From assembly GCA_002269645.1 (NCBI GenBank), contig NIVC01001903.1, positions 1-64,000 on the forward strand: a stretch of DNA of 64,000 bases, given 5' to 3'. The position numbers were made by a program, and so were the translations under genes. Of the stretch, positions 48,973-60,581 are shown piece after piece (position 1 is the stretch's first letter; every line of letters starts with the position of its first letter). Origin of the DNA: Macrostomum lignano. Its lineage: Eukaryota. Below the pieces are notes generated by a model that searched no databases, had not been told where the DNA came from, and worked only from the letters and a program-made list of their open reading frames with translations.

Positions 48973-50642
48973 CTATTCTATATTGTCAGAGAATGACATA
49001 TGTTGAATATTTGAATAGAATAAATGGCTAATAGAAACTGCTATTTTGGTAGTCCAGACTCAGCAACTCTCTAATATCCTGACTTCTTTCTGATGCAAAG
49101 AACTTCAGCAGAGACAACAAAAACATCTATAGTTTTTTCCTGAACAAAAGTAGCGGCCTGTCTTATTATTTGCCTCGCAATGTATTGACATTATACAAGC
49201 CGGAATTAAGAATAACAAAGAATGTTAGTTCTTATAAGTAACATTAAACTGCTTTTGACAGCAGATAAATACAGTCTAAGAAAAAAGCCACAAAAGGCAT
49301 TTGATCAATACAATGTTTCTTGTAAATGTTTGGTTAGTTTGTCTCTAAAAAATTTAACATCGCTACCATGGTTGCAAATATGTTATCGTGTATTATACCG
49401 GTCTCCCGAAAAGCATTCACACCTTTTATCTGTGACTGTATTATCTATATATCTATATATCTATATAAATTAAGATACAATATACATACAGGCGATTGTA
49501 TTTGTCGGCAAACCCATTTTTAAGTCAGATCAGATGCCATCTGACGTATGCTATGGCATATGATCATGTATGATCGACGTATGTATACATTAATACATAC
49601 ATACACATGTGTGGCAGACAGGCGTCCTATACAAGATAACTAGCGTTTATCTCTTTTCGTAGTGTTCTGACAATGTATGTGTGTTTTTTAGAAAATATTT
49701 TTTTTATTTTTAGTATAACTGATGTCATCTATTCATACAATACAAAGGCAACAGCACTACACTACACTGAATATTAGCCAAAAGACATATTAAATATTTT
49801 ATTTAGATATCAAAATATCATATTTTCTGCTGATAATTAATGCATTTGTTCATGGTAAAGTTAAATAGGCAACAGACAGCAGAACTTTTTTTAGATATTT
49901 AGTGCAATAATTTGTGATTTGTGATGCTTATAGCCTACTACCCTTTAATCATAAGCTTATTGACACTTAGTTGAATTTTATCTTGCAAAACTAATTAAAT
50001 AATTTTCAAGTTATTAACTTTATAACAAAGATTCAAAATTAATCGAAATTAATGGTAACATTAAATTACCAGCACATGTCATTCATAGGATATTTTGCTA
50101 ATGATTGTTACATAGAATTCAGCAATAAAATACATATTGTAACATTGCTAGAACAGTATTTATGTTGTTTAGATTGTCAAATGTCTGTGCTAATCAAATG
50201 ATAAGTAAATATATGAATAAATTCAAATAATGATTTCATTTTTTGCTTTTAGAATAAAAAACTTGAAATTGGGGCTATACAAAGTATAAGTTCTTGACAT
50301 AGTACTATCCTATAAGTATATTTATAAAAAAGTAATAAATCAATTTAATATTAATATTCTTTTTTTCATACCAATTTAGTCTACCTTGAAATATTTTTGC
50401 TTTCTTTCTTGTTTTTCTTTCCTATACATATAATCATCATGCTGTAGATAGTATCACCTTTGTTGTATAAATAAATATTGGCTAAATTATTAGTTTATAG
50501 TACTATTCTAGTACTACTGTTGTATATAATAAATCGATTTCATATATATTTGCTTCTAAGTGCTATGTGACTAATAGCATCTGATATTCAGACTGAAAAC
50601 AATAATATTAAAGGAAAATCCAAACTAAAATTACAGATAAAT

Positions 50643-52841
50643 ATGCATCTAACAGTACTAGTGCAGTTATCTGACACTCAGCAGCCACCACCAACCTGGT
50701 CAGTCGATGCACAGCCCAGATGGAATGTTCTTTTCCTAAAGCAACTGGCTTGTCAGCATTTTGGTCTGGCACCAGTTGATGTAGAAATTGCGCTGCTGAC
50801 TGATACAGTATCTGGGTATGTTTTTTAAGTCGCAGCATATTCTTTCATCAAATTCAAGATCATAAATTTTTGATAAGAAAATTCGATTCCTACCTGGAAC
50901 ATATTCCAGTTCTCCCCTTGACGACAACGCCTCCCTAACTGACTGCGGTATTGTTGAGAATTCTCGACTTGAACTTCGCAGCCGGCGTTTTAATAGCGAT
51001 AGTTGTCATAGCAACGAGTCTGCCGCTGCCGCTCGACGCCTTGTGCCTACGCTGTGGCTGTTCTGCTACGATTGCGAGACTGCCAGATCGGCGATGGTTT
51101 GCGCCGTCTGCGTCAACTGCGGTAGAAGCGTCAGCTTGTCAGACAGTGGCGGCGATGTTGTTGGCGCTAACGAGCCCAAGAACTGGGCGGATCTGCTGGA
51201 CGACCCTCGAGCTGACAGTGGCGACTGCCCATACTGCGGGCATCAGCGATGCGTTCGATTTGAGGCCGCTTGCTCGGCTGAGGGTCCGCATGCGACCAGG
51301 AGGTGTGTGCCGATTAGAGAGCTCAGCACTAGTCTGGATGATGGTGAGGCCGCGTGATTGTGTTGCACCCAACACCTCATTTTCCTTGTCCTTTCCCTAT
51401 GCCACGTGACTCTGTCGCATCCACCACTCATTCCCGTCTCTAGGCCACGTGACTCAGTGTCGCACCCACCACCCATTCCCCTCTCTAGGCCACGTGACTC
51501 AGTGTCGCACCCACCACCCATTCCCCTCTCTAGGCCACGTGACTCAGTGTTGTACCCACCACCCATTCCCCTCTCAAAGCCATGTGACTTAGTATCGCAC
51601 CTTTCCACCCCATTCTCTTTCCCTAGACCATGTGACTCAGTATCGCAACCACCACCCCATTCTCTTTCCCTAGGTCACGTGACTCAGTTTTGCACCCACC
51701 ACTCCATCCTTCCTCCCCCAGGCCAATCCGCCTGTTGCGTGTGCGCAGAGCCGCAGCCAATCGGACGACCGCTTCTGTTCTTTCCTTGCGGCCACGCGGT
51801 CTGCCTGGACTGCTTCAAAACGGATGCCTCAGCCAGACTGTCCGACGGTCGACTGGTATTTCTAGCCGACCGCGGCCTGACCATGGACTGTCCGGCGCAC
51901 AACTGTCGCAGTACAAATCGTTACCTAGGCGACGCGCACGCTTTTCGTCTGTTAGGCGCGGAGTCCTACGAACGGGTGAAGCTGCTTGGCGCTCAGCGCG
52001 CCCTGCTTACAGCCGAGGCCGGTCACGTGATGTGCCCGCTGTGCTCGGCTCAGTACGAGCTGCCGGCCTCATCGGAAGTTCAACAAGTTGGTTAGAGCGT
52101 GTGTGTATGTCGCGACTTTCCTATTCATTTCTTAGTTCACTTTCACTTGTCTCTGTTTACTCTGTTTTCTCTCTCTCTGTCTAGCTTAATCTTGTTATTC
52201 TTATCTCTCTTTCCCTTGCTGCCTTCTGATTGGCTCTCCATTCTCACTTCTCTCCTTTAGTCGCGCACTCCACCCCTCTCTTCATTATCTTCAATTCAAA
52301 CCCCTCTGCAATTTAATGTCATATAAATATACTGGTTTGGGCCCTGCGCCCACTTACTGGCTCCTTATCTTACTTATTCAATTTAACATCTAATTTAGTT
52401 CCAATGTTTTCAGTCTTATTTTCTCGACAGTGTATGAGTGCGTACAGCGGATTGGGCAGCATTACCTCGGCGCTGGAATTGTTGGATGATGTGGCGTTTT
52501 GCCAGGATGTGTCAATTTCTCAACCTCACTCGTTCCAGGTGACCTGCGAGTGCGGCCTAGGCGGTTGCGGTGCCCAGATCTGCCTGTCCTGTCGAGCTTT
52601 GGCCCACGCCGGCTCCTGCGTTGAAACCAACGTCGAAAGCGTCGTAGAAGATTCGAACCCGGAACGTCAGTCGATGAGTACAATTCGACGAACTTCGAAG
52701 CCCTGTCCGCGCTGTCGAGCGCCAACTGAACGAAACGGTGGCTGCATGCACATGACCTGCCGGCTGTGCTGCCTGTCCTGGTGCTGGATCTGCCAGCTGG
52801 AGTGGTCTGAGCAGTGTCAGACCAATCACTGGTTCGGTTGA
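50643..52841 (+). CDS. PRKN: Parkin RBR E3 ligase, 424 aa; exons 50643-50815, 50910-51343, 51722-52086, 52539-52841
   Basis: Ubl, RING0, RING1 (FPCGHAVCLDC, HAFRLLG), IBR (VTCECGLGGCG..CLSC..AH) and RING2 (KPCPRC..ERNGGCMHM..HWFG). Splice phases 2/1/0 sum to 1275 nt in frame. Confidence 0.95.
51347..51721. repeat. About 45-bp minisatellite filling parkin intron 2
   Basis: Unit aggccacgtgactcagtgtcgcacccaccacccattcccctctct, about 8 copies. Confidence 0.9.
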
Positions 52842-52899
52842 ACTTATTGCGATAAAACTCGGTGCTTTTAACAGTTCAAAATGATTCAACAGTATTCTT

Positions 52900-53595
52900 T
52901 AGTGCCATTTATGACCCTATGTAACTTGGTGCCCTCTATGACCCTATGTATCTTGGTGCCCTTTATGACCCTATGTATCTTGGTGCCCTTTATGACCCTA
53001 TGTATCTTGGTGCCCTTTATGACCCTATGTATCTTGGTGCCCTTTATGACCCTATGTAACTTGGTGCCCTTTATGACCCTATGTAACTTGGTGCCCTTTA
53101 TGACCCTATGTATCTTGGTGCCCTTTATGATCCTATGTAACTTGGTGCCCTTTCTGACCCTATGTATCTTGGTGCCCTTTATGACCCTATGTAACTTGGT
53201 GCCCTTTATGACCCTATGTATCTTGGTGCCCTTTATGACCCTATGTAACTTGGTGCCCTTTATGACCCTATGTATCTTGGTGCCCTTTATGACCGTATGT
53301 ATCTTGGTGCCCTTTATGACCGTATGTATCTTGGTGCCTTTTATGACCCTATGTATCTTGGTGCCCTTAATGACCCTATGTATCTTGGTGCCCTTTATGA
53401 CCCTATGTATCTTGGTGCCCTTTAAGACTCTATGTAGCTTGGCGCCTTTTATGACCCTATGTAGCTTCGCGCCCTTTATGACCCTATGTAGCTTCGCGCC
53501 CTTTATGACCCTATGTATCTTGGTGCCCTTTAAGACTCTATGTAGCTTGGCGCCTTTTATGACCCTATGTAGCTTCGCGCCCTTTATGACCCTTG
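52900..53595. repeat. 27-bp minisatellite, about 26 copies, downstream of the parkin stop
   Basis: Unit ctttatgaccctatgtatcttggtgcc. Confidence 0.95.
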
Positions 53596-54009
53596 TGAAG
53601 ATTGTATATACATACCCTCATTGGTACACATGGTACACAATAGGCTTATAGTCTTATTTTCTCGAGTGCTAATAAGTGCCATGCATTAAACATTATTTCG
53701 CTGAGTTGTTATTTTTTGTCTAAAAATTTATCATCGCGTGCTCTTAAGTAACTAGTCGTCATTATTTATTGATTGTCCAAGTTGTTAATTAATTGATAAT
53801 GGAAACAGTTGAAATCAGCATTTTTTATGAATTTGTTAGTCTGCATACTGTGCCGCCGAAACCCTGACCGATTGGCGATTGGCGGCGATTTTCTGTGTTA
53901 CTTATTATTTGTTTTCTCTTAGCAGCTACTTATAATAGTAGAAATAATGTGTTTTGATGCTCAATTACATATAACGTATAAAGACTATTTTAATTGCAGA
54001 ACAATCGAC

Positions 54010-57000
54010 ATGACGGCGGGAAAAGTGCATGCGCCTGTAATTATCCCGCTGAGACCGCCTGTGCCCGGCCAGCCAAAGTCTATCATTGATAATTTGACCA
54101 AAATAGAACTGTCAACTGAGACTAGTGGAGCGAACATTTTCTTTACTATCGATGGCAGCAAGCCGCAGCCGTTCTCGCCTATGGGCAAGCGGGCAACCTT
54201 CAAGTACAGGCAGCCGTTCCCACTGCCGCCCGGGAAGCGGACTATCAAAGCTGTTGCCTATTCAAAGTGAGTTCGTAGTTTTTATTTTAAAGCCGATATG
54301 TATCGTAAGTATATTATTAGAGGGGAAAATATTCAGAGAACTTGCATCTGCGAGCGGTAATGAGCACGAATTTCGCGTCAAAGGTCTTGGGTTCGAAGCC
54401 GTGAGAGACCCGATGACAAGCTCCCGGCCCATTACTCATGAACAATTGCCCCACGTCGATGCGACCGCAGGCGGAATCGAACCCAGGGTACTTTGAGTTG
54501 AGAGTCGGACGCTTTGCTCGGCTGTGCACTAACCACAACCAACTCTTCTTAACTTTCCTATGCTGGCAAATAGGTTGCACTTTAATCTTATTAACAGGGA
54601 CGGCAGAACCGAATCGACCATTGTCACGAAGACATTCGACGTCGAGTCTGTCGAAGGTCCCCAACCGCCGGGCTCCTTAGACGTGCCTTCGTCGGCGCCA
54701 AATTTCAATGGCAATGCCGGCGGCGGCGGAGTCAGTGAGGACGCGTTCGCTTTTCTCGAGGATCTGCGACCGTCGCAGCCGCCGCGTCAGCAGAGACTGG
54801 CCGCTGGTGCTGCTGAACAGTCCGAGTTCGACGCTCCCAGATCACCGGAGAGCGTATCGGACCGGGCGTTGGCATTCAAGACGAGGCTGCTTGGCGTCTC
54901 GGCGGCCTCGGCGGCGGCGGTCTGGAGGATCAGGATCCCGACTTGCCATTGGAATTGGAGAGGCGGCCCGTCGATTGGTCGATGCAGCCACCAGGAGTTG
55001 GCAACGGCGCAGCTGCTGGGTGAGGATCTCTGCTGGGATCGGTAATGGGATGCTCTGAGTCTTAAAATGCTGCGTAACACGTCATAGCGTTATGTGCGTA
55101 GTACTTCCGGTGTCATTTTAGCATTCTATCACTCCATAGTATCACTCCAGTTTCACTCCATAGTATCACTCCAGTTTCACTCCATAGTATCACTCCAGTT
55201 TCACTCCATAGTATCACTCCAGTTTCACTCCATAGTATCACTCCAGTTTCACTCCATAGTATCACTCCAGTTTCACTCCGTAGTATCACTCCAGTTTCAC
55301 TCCATAGTATTAATCCAGTTTCACTCCATAGTATCACTCCAGTTTCACTCCATAGTATTAATCCAGTTTCACTCCATAGTATCACTCCAGTTTCACTTCA
55401 TAGTATCACTCCAGTTTCACTCCATAGTATTAATCCAGTTTCACTCCATAGTATTAATCCAGTTTCACTCCATAGTATCACTCCAGTTTCACTTCATAGT
55501 ATCACTCCAGTTTCACTCCGTAGTATCACTCCAGTTTCACTACAGTATCACTCCAGTTTCACTCCGTAGTATCACTCCAGTTTCACTCCATAGTGTCACT
55601 CAAATTGCACTCAACAATGTCGCATTTTACTTCTTTCAGTCACTCCTATTCAACTTAAGTGGGTGTTATTCCATTGTCACTTAATTGCCACTCTAACCTA
55701 AACTCCTAAGTCCACGTTCTCACAATGAAAATTTCTCAGCTCGGCTGGCATGTCTCTGCCGCAGCCGCACGGCCCGTGCCCGCACTGCGCCAAGCAGGTG
55801 CCTCTCGGCCTGGCCAAGTGCGTCGTCTGCGACCTGCCGTTCGCCGCCCCGCCGCCACCGCCGCCGCCGCCGCCGCCGCCTCCCCTGGCGCTCCCGGCCC
55901 CGGGCTTCTGCGGCCACTGCCGGCGTCTGGCCACCGGCCGGCCGGACGCTTTCTACTGCGACTGCTGTGGCCGCCCGTTGGCTGCTGGCGGGCCCGCCTC
56001 GGACGCCTCCACCGGGTTCACCCTGTCTTTGGCAAGGCAGGCCGCTGCGGCGGCAGCCCGCCCGCCGCCTGTGCCGACTCTTGACGCCGGCACGCAGACA
56101 GTCGGCCTGCTGTACCCGTCCGCATTGGAGCTGAGGAAATTAGAGGCAGAACTGCAGGTGTGTCTGTCTGTCTGTGTCTGTCTGTGTGTCTGTGTGTCTG
56201 TGTGTCTGTCAGTGTGTGTGTCTGTCTGTGTGTCTGTCTGTGTGTCTGTCTGTGTGTCTGTCTGTGTTTCTGTCTGTGTGTCTGTCTGTGTGTCTGTCTG
56301 TGTGTCTGTTTGTGTGTCTGTCTGTGTATCTGTGTGTGTTTGTCTGTCTGTCTGTCTTGTGTATCTGTCAGTGTGTGTGTCTGTCTGTGTGTCTGTCTGT
56401 GTGTCTGTCTGTCTGTGTATCTGTCAGTGTGTGTGTCTGTCTGTGTGTCTGTCTGTGTGTCTGTCTGTCTGTGTATCTGTCAGTGTGTGTGTCTGTCTGT
56501 GTGTCTGTCTGTGTGTCTGTCTGTCTGTGTATCTGTCAGTGTGTGTGTCTGTCTGTGTGTCTGTCTGTCTGTCTGTCTGTCTTGTGTATCTGTCAGTGTG
56601 TGTGTCTGTCTGTGTGTCTGTCTGTGTGTCTGTCTGTCTGTGTATCTGTCAGTGTGTGTGTCTGTCTGTGTGTCTGTCTGTCTGTCTGTCTGTCTTGTGT
56701 ATCTGTCAGTGTGTGTGTCTGTCTGTGTGTCTGTCTGTGTGTCTGTCTGTCTGTGTATCTGTCAGTGTGTGTGTCTGTCTGTGTGTCTGTCTGTCTGTCT
56801 GTCTGTCTTGTGTATCTGTCAGTGTGTGTGTCTGTCTGTGTGTCTGTCTGTCTGTCTGTCTGTCTTGTGTATCTGTCAGTGTGTGTGTCTGTTTGTGTGT
56901 CTGTCTGTGTGTCTGTCTGTGTGTCTGTTTGTGTGTCTGTCTGTGTGTCTGTCTGTGTGTCTGTCTGTGTTTCTGTCTGTGTGTCTGTCTGTCTGTCTGT

Positions 57001-60000
57001 CTGTCTGTCGTACCTACGTACGACTACGTACGACCTACGAACATGAAATAAAAAAAATAGTCGTGAATCATGAAATCTGTCAGGAATTGCGAAATCAATC
57101 AGCTGGTCCACCGTCGGTGCCGTCGCAGCAGCAGCAGCGACGACAAATTGCTGGAGGTCAGACTGAAGCTCAGCCGACGCAGTCGACATTCCTGACTACT
57201 GTCAGTCCGGGGCGCGGCTATTGGCGCCGTCAGCTGGAACACGTTGTGGCGCATCTCAAGGTTGGCTTCCAACAATTCCTTATCCTCCACCATAAGGAAT
57301 TTATAATATTCACTGACACATTTCTAATCCTTACCAACACATTGCTAACCCTCACTGACACATTGCTAACCCTCACCGACACATTGCTAACCCTCACCGA
57401 CACATTGCTAACCCTCACCGACACATTTATAATATTCACTGACACATTGCTAACCCTCACTGACAAATTGCTCACCCTCATCGACAAACTCCTCATCTTC
57501 ATCGAAACATTCCTAACCCTCATTGACACACTCTTAACCCTCATCGACACATTCCTAACCCTCACCGGCACATTCCTAACCCTCATCGACACATTGCTAA
57601 CCCTCATCAACACATTTCTTATCCTCACCGACACATTGCTAACCCTCACCGACACATTGCTAATCCTCACCGACACTCTAACTTGCAGCTGCACGCCGAC
57701 TCGAACCCGGAGTTCCGAGCCTCCATCGGCACGCCGCGCATGGAACGCCTGGTTCGCAGCCGCGTGTCGGAAACTGCCGGCGACCGCCTGCTGATCAGCC
57801 TGGAATTCGCGCTTCGCGACGAACGCCAGTTAACCAGGGCGCCGACGGCGCCACCTTCTCGACAGCCGCCGGCGACTTCGTTACGCTTCGGCGACGGTCG
57901 GCGTGGCAACAGAAACGGCTACGGCTACGACTACGGCGACGAATACGATGATGAAGACTATGTCGCCTATGGAGACGAAATGTACAGAAGCGACGAATAC
58001 GATTCTGGTTGGTCTCTTTTGGTGTATCACCGGTTGACGCTTTTAGTCTGGCATGCCTTGTTCTTGACTTTCACTAGCCTGTAATTTGCCTGTTGTTGTG
58101 TGTGTAACTAGCCTGTTGCTGTGTGTGTAACTAGCCTGTTGCTGTGTGTGTAACTAGCCTGTTGCTGTGTGTGTAACTAGCCTGTTGCTGTGTGTGTAAC
58201 TAGCCTGTTGCTGTGTGTGTAACTAGCCTGTTGTGTCTGTAACTAGCCTGTTGTGTCTGTAACTAGCCTGTTGTGTCTGTAACTAGCCTGTTGCTGTGTC
58301 TGTAACTAGCCTGTTGCTGTGTGTGTAACTAGCCTGTTGTGTCTGTAAGTAGCCTGTTGTGTCTGTAACTAGCCTATTGTGTCTGTAACTAGCCTGTTGT
58401 GTCTGTAACTAGCCTGTTGTGTCTGTAACTAGCCTGTTGTGTCTGTAACTAGCCTGTTGTGTCTGTAACTAGCCTGTTGTGTCTGTAACTAGCCTGCTGT
58501 GTCTGTAACTAGCCTGTTGTGTCTGTAACTAGCCTGTTGTGTGTGTAACTAGCCTGTTGTGTCTGTAACTAGCCTGATGTGTCTGTAACTAGCCTGTTGC
58601 TGTGTCTGTAACTAGCCTGCTGCTGTGTCTGTAACTAGCCTGCTGCTGTGTCTGTAACCCTGTAACTAGCCTGTTGTGTTTGTAACTAGCCTGTTGTGTC
58701 TGTAACTAGCCTGTTGTGTCTGTAACTAGCCTGCTGCTGTGTGTAACTAGCCTGCTGTGTCTGTAACTAGCCTGCTGCTGTGTCTGTAACTAGCCTGTTG
58801 TGTCTGTAACTAGCCTGTTGTGTCTGTAACTAGCCTGCTGCTGTGTCTGTAACTAGCCTGTTGTGTCTGTAACTAGCCTGTTGTGTCTGTAACTAGCCTG
58901 CTGCTGTGTCTGTAACTAGCCTGCTGCTGTGTCTGTAACTAGCCTGTTGTGTCTGTAACTAGCCTGTTGTGTCTGTAACTAGCCTGCTGCTGTGTCTGTA
59001 ACTAGCCTGTTGTGTCTGTAACTAGCCTGTTGTGTCTGTAACTAGCCTGCTGCTGTGTGTAACTAGCCTGCTGTGTCTGTAACTAGCCTGCTGCTGTGTC
59101 TGTAACTAGCCTGTTGTGTCTGTAACTAGCCTGTTGTGTCTGTATCTAGCTGTGTGGTACCTGTAACTAGCCTGCTGCTGTGTCTGTAAGTAGCATGTTG
59201 ATGTGTCTGTAAGTAGCCTGCTGTATCTGTATCTAGCTGTGTGGTACCTGTAACTAGCCTGTTGCTGTGTCTGTAAGTAGCATGTTGATGTGTCTGTAAG
59301 TAGCCTGCTGTATCTGTATCTAGCTGTGTGGTACCTGTAACTAGCCTGCTGCTGTGTCTGTAAGTAGCATGTTGATGTGTCTGTAAGTAGCCTGCTGTGT
59401 CTGTATCTAGCTGTGTGGTACCTGTAACTGGCCTAATCTGTCAGAGCAATAAATAATTAAACCGAATTCAGGCACTGAACGGGAAACTCGGCGATCGGGG
59501 AGGCGAGCACCGGCCAAAAGGTCGTCGGCAGGGCCGAAAAAGAGCGGCAGAAAGTCCGACGTAGAAGAGATGAAGGTGAGACAAATTTTAGTTCTGATAA
59601 AACAGACATGGAGCTAATGTATATCGACTGATTTTTTTCATTTTTAATTTAGCCGGCTGACAAAGCTTTGTTTCGCGAATGCGGAGCTAAAGGTGAAGGC
59701 AGGCCCGAGGAGATTCACGCCTTGGTGACTGAACAGGTGAGTGAGCAGTTTTAACTTTCAAAATAAAGCCAGAAGGTAGCAGCTATTGGTCTTTTTTTGT
59801 CTGAGAGAAAGAATGAGGTGGGAGTCAAAATAGCCACAGTGGGTAAGAGGTCTCTGCTTTCTCATTGGCTGAGGGGTGTAGTGAGGTGGGTGTCAACAAA
59901 GCCACGGGGTAAGAAGTCTCTGCTCTCTCATTGGCTGAGGGGTGTAGTGAGGTGGGTGTCAACAAAGCCACGGGGTAAGAAGTCTCTGCTCTCTCATTGG

Positions 60001-60421
60001 CTGAGGGGTGTAGTGAGGTGGGTGTCAACAAAGCCACGGGGTAAGAAGTCTCTGCTCTCTCATTGGCTGAGGGGTGTAGTGAGGTGGGTGTCAACAAAGC
60101 CACGGGGTAAGAAGTATTTGCTCTCTCATTGGCTGCGTGTTGGAGTTAGACCTAATTCGAAATAGCCACAGGGAGTAAGAAGTCGCGGCTCTCATTTGGC
60201 TGAGCGACGTTTAAAACATTTTAGGCACTAGACATACAGACAGATATTCTGACATTCAAAAGTCCCAAAACTCACCACTTCTATCGATTCTAGTCGGCAG
60301 ATCCCAAGGCTTTCAACGCTAACGGAGTTCCAGTACTAAGCGTTGCCGTCCGGAGTCTTCACTTTGACGCTGTCAAAGAACTACTGCAGCTGGGCGCCGA
60401 TGTGAACACTGCTGGAAAAGA
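54010..60421 (+). CDS. DZANK1: DZANK1 (double zinc ribbon and ankyrin repeat protein), 8 exons seen: 54010-54266, 54598-55019, 55740-56157, 57084-57260, 57689-58007, 59472-59575, 59653-59736, 60294-60421; continues beyond the window
   Basis: [25 protein letters not shown], zinc ribbons [45 protein letters not shown], ankyrin repeat. Phases are consistent if one C is restored at about 54862. Confidence 0.92.
54340..54530 (-). mobile_element. Probable tRNA-derived SINE head in DZANK1 intron 1
   Basis: GGTTCGATTCC B-box on the minus strand at 54473-54483 with an upstream A-box-like sequence. Confidence 0.4.
55128..55590. repeat. 24-bp minisatellite, about 19 copies, DZANK1 intron 2
   Basis: Unit tatcactccagtttcactccatag. 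Confidence 0.95.
56158..57008. repeat. Compound (GT)/(GTCT) microsatellite starting at the donor of DZANK1 intron 3
   Basis: CAG|GTGTGTCTGTCTG... for about 850 bp. Confidence 0.95.
57305..57682. repeat. 21-bp minisatellite, DZANK1 intron 4
   Basis: Unit ctcaccgacacattgctaacc. Confidence 0.9.
58078..59428. repeat. 20-23-bp minisatellite (about 1.35 kb), DZANK1 intron 5
   Basis: Unit tgtaactagcctgttg(ctg)tgtc; higher-order variant units at the 3' end. Confidence 0.95.
59835..60135. repeat. 66-bp minisatellite, about 4.5 copies, DZANK1 intron 7
   Basis: Unit gggtaagaagtctctgctctctcattggctgaggggtgtagtgaggtgggtgtcaacaaagccacg. Confidence 0.95.
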
Positions 60422-60581
60422 GTGAGCTACTACGGCTGCAGTTAGCATGCACTAGTCACGACTCGCCCATTGCCCATCTCTGTCATACACCCTGTCAACT
60501 GTCCCCGTGCCTGTCTACCTCATTTCCTCCCTGTCTACCTCATCTCCCTCCCTGTCTACCTCATCTCCCTCCCTGTCTACC

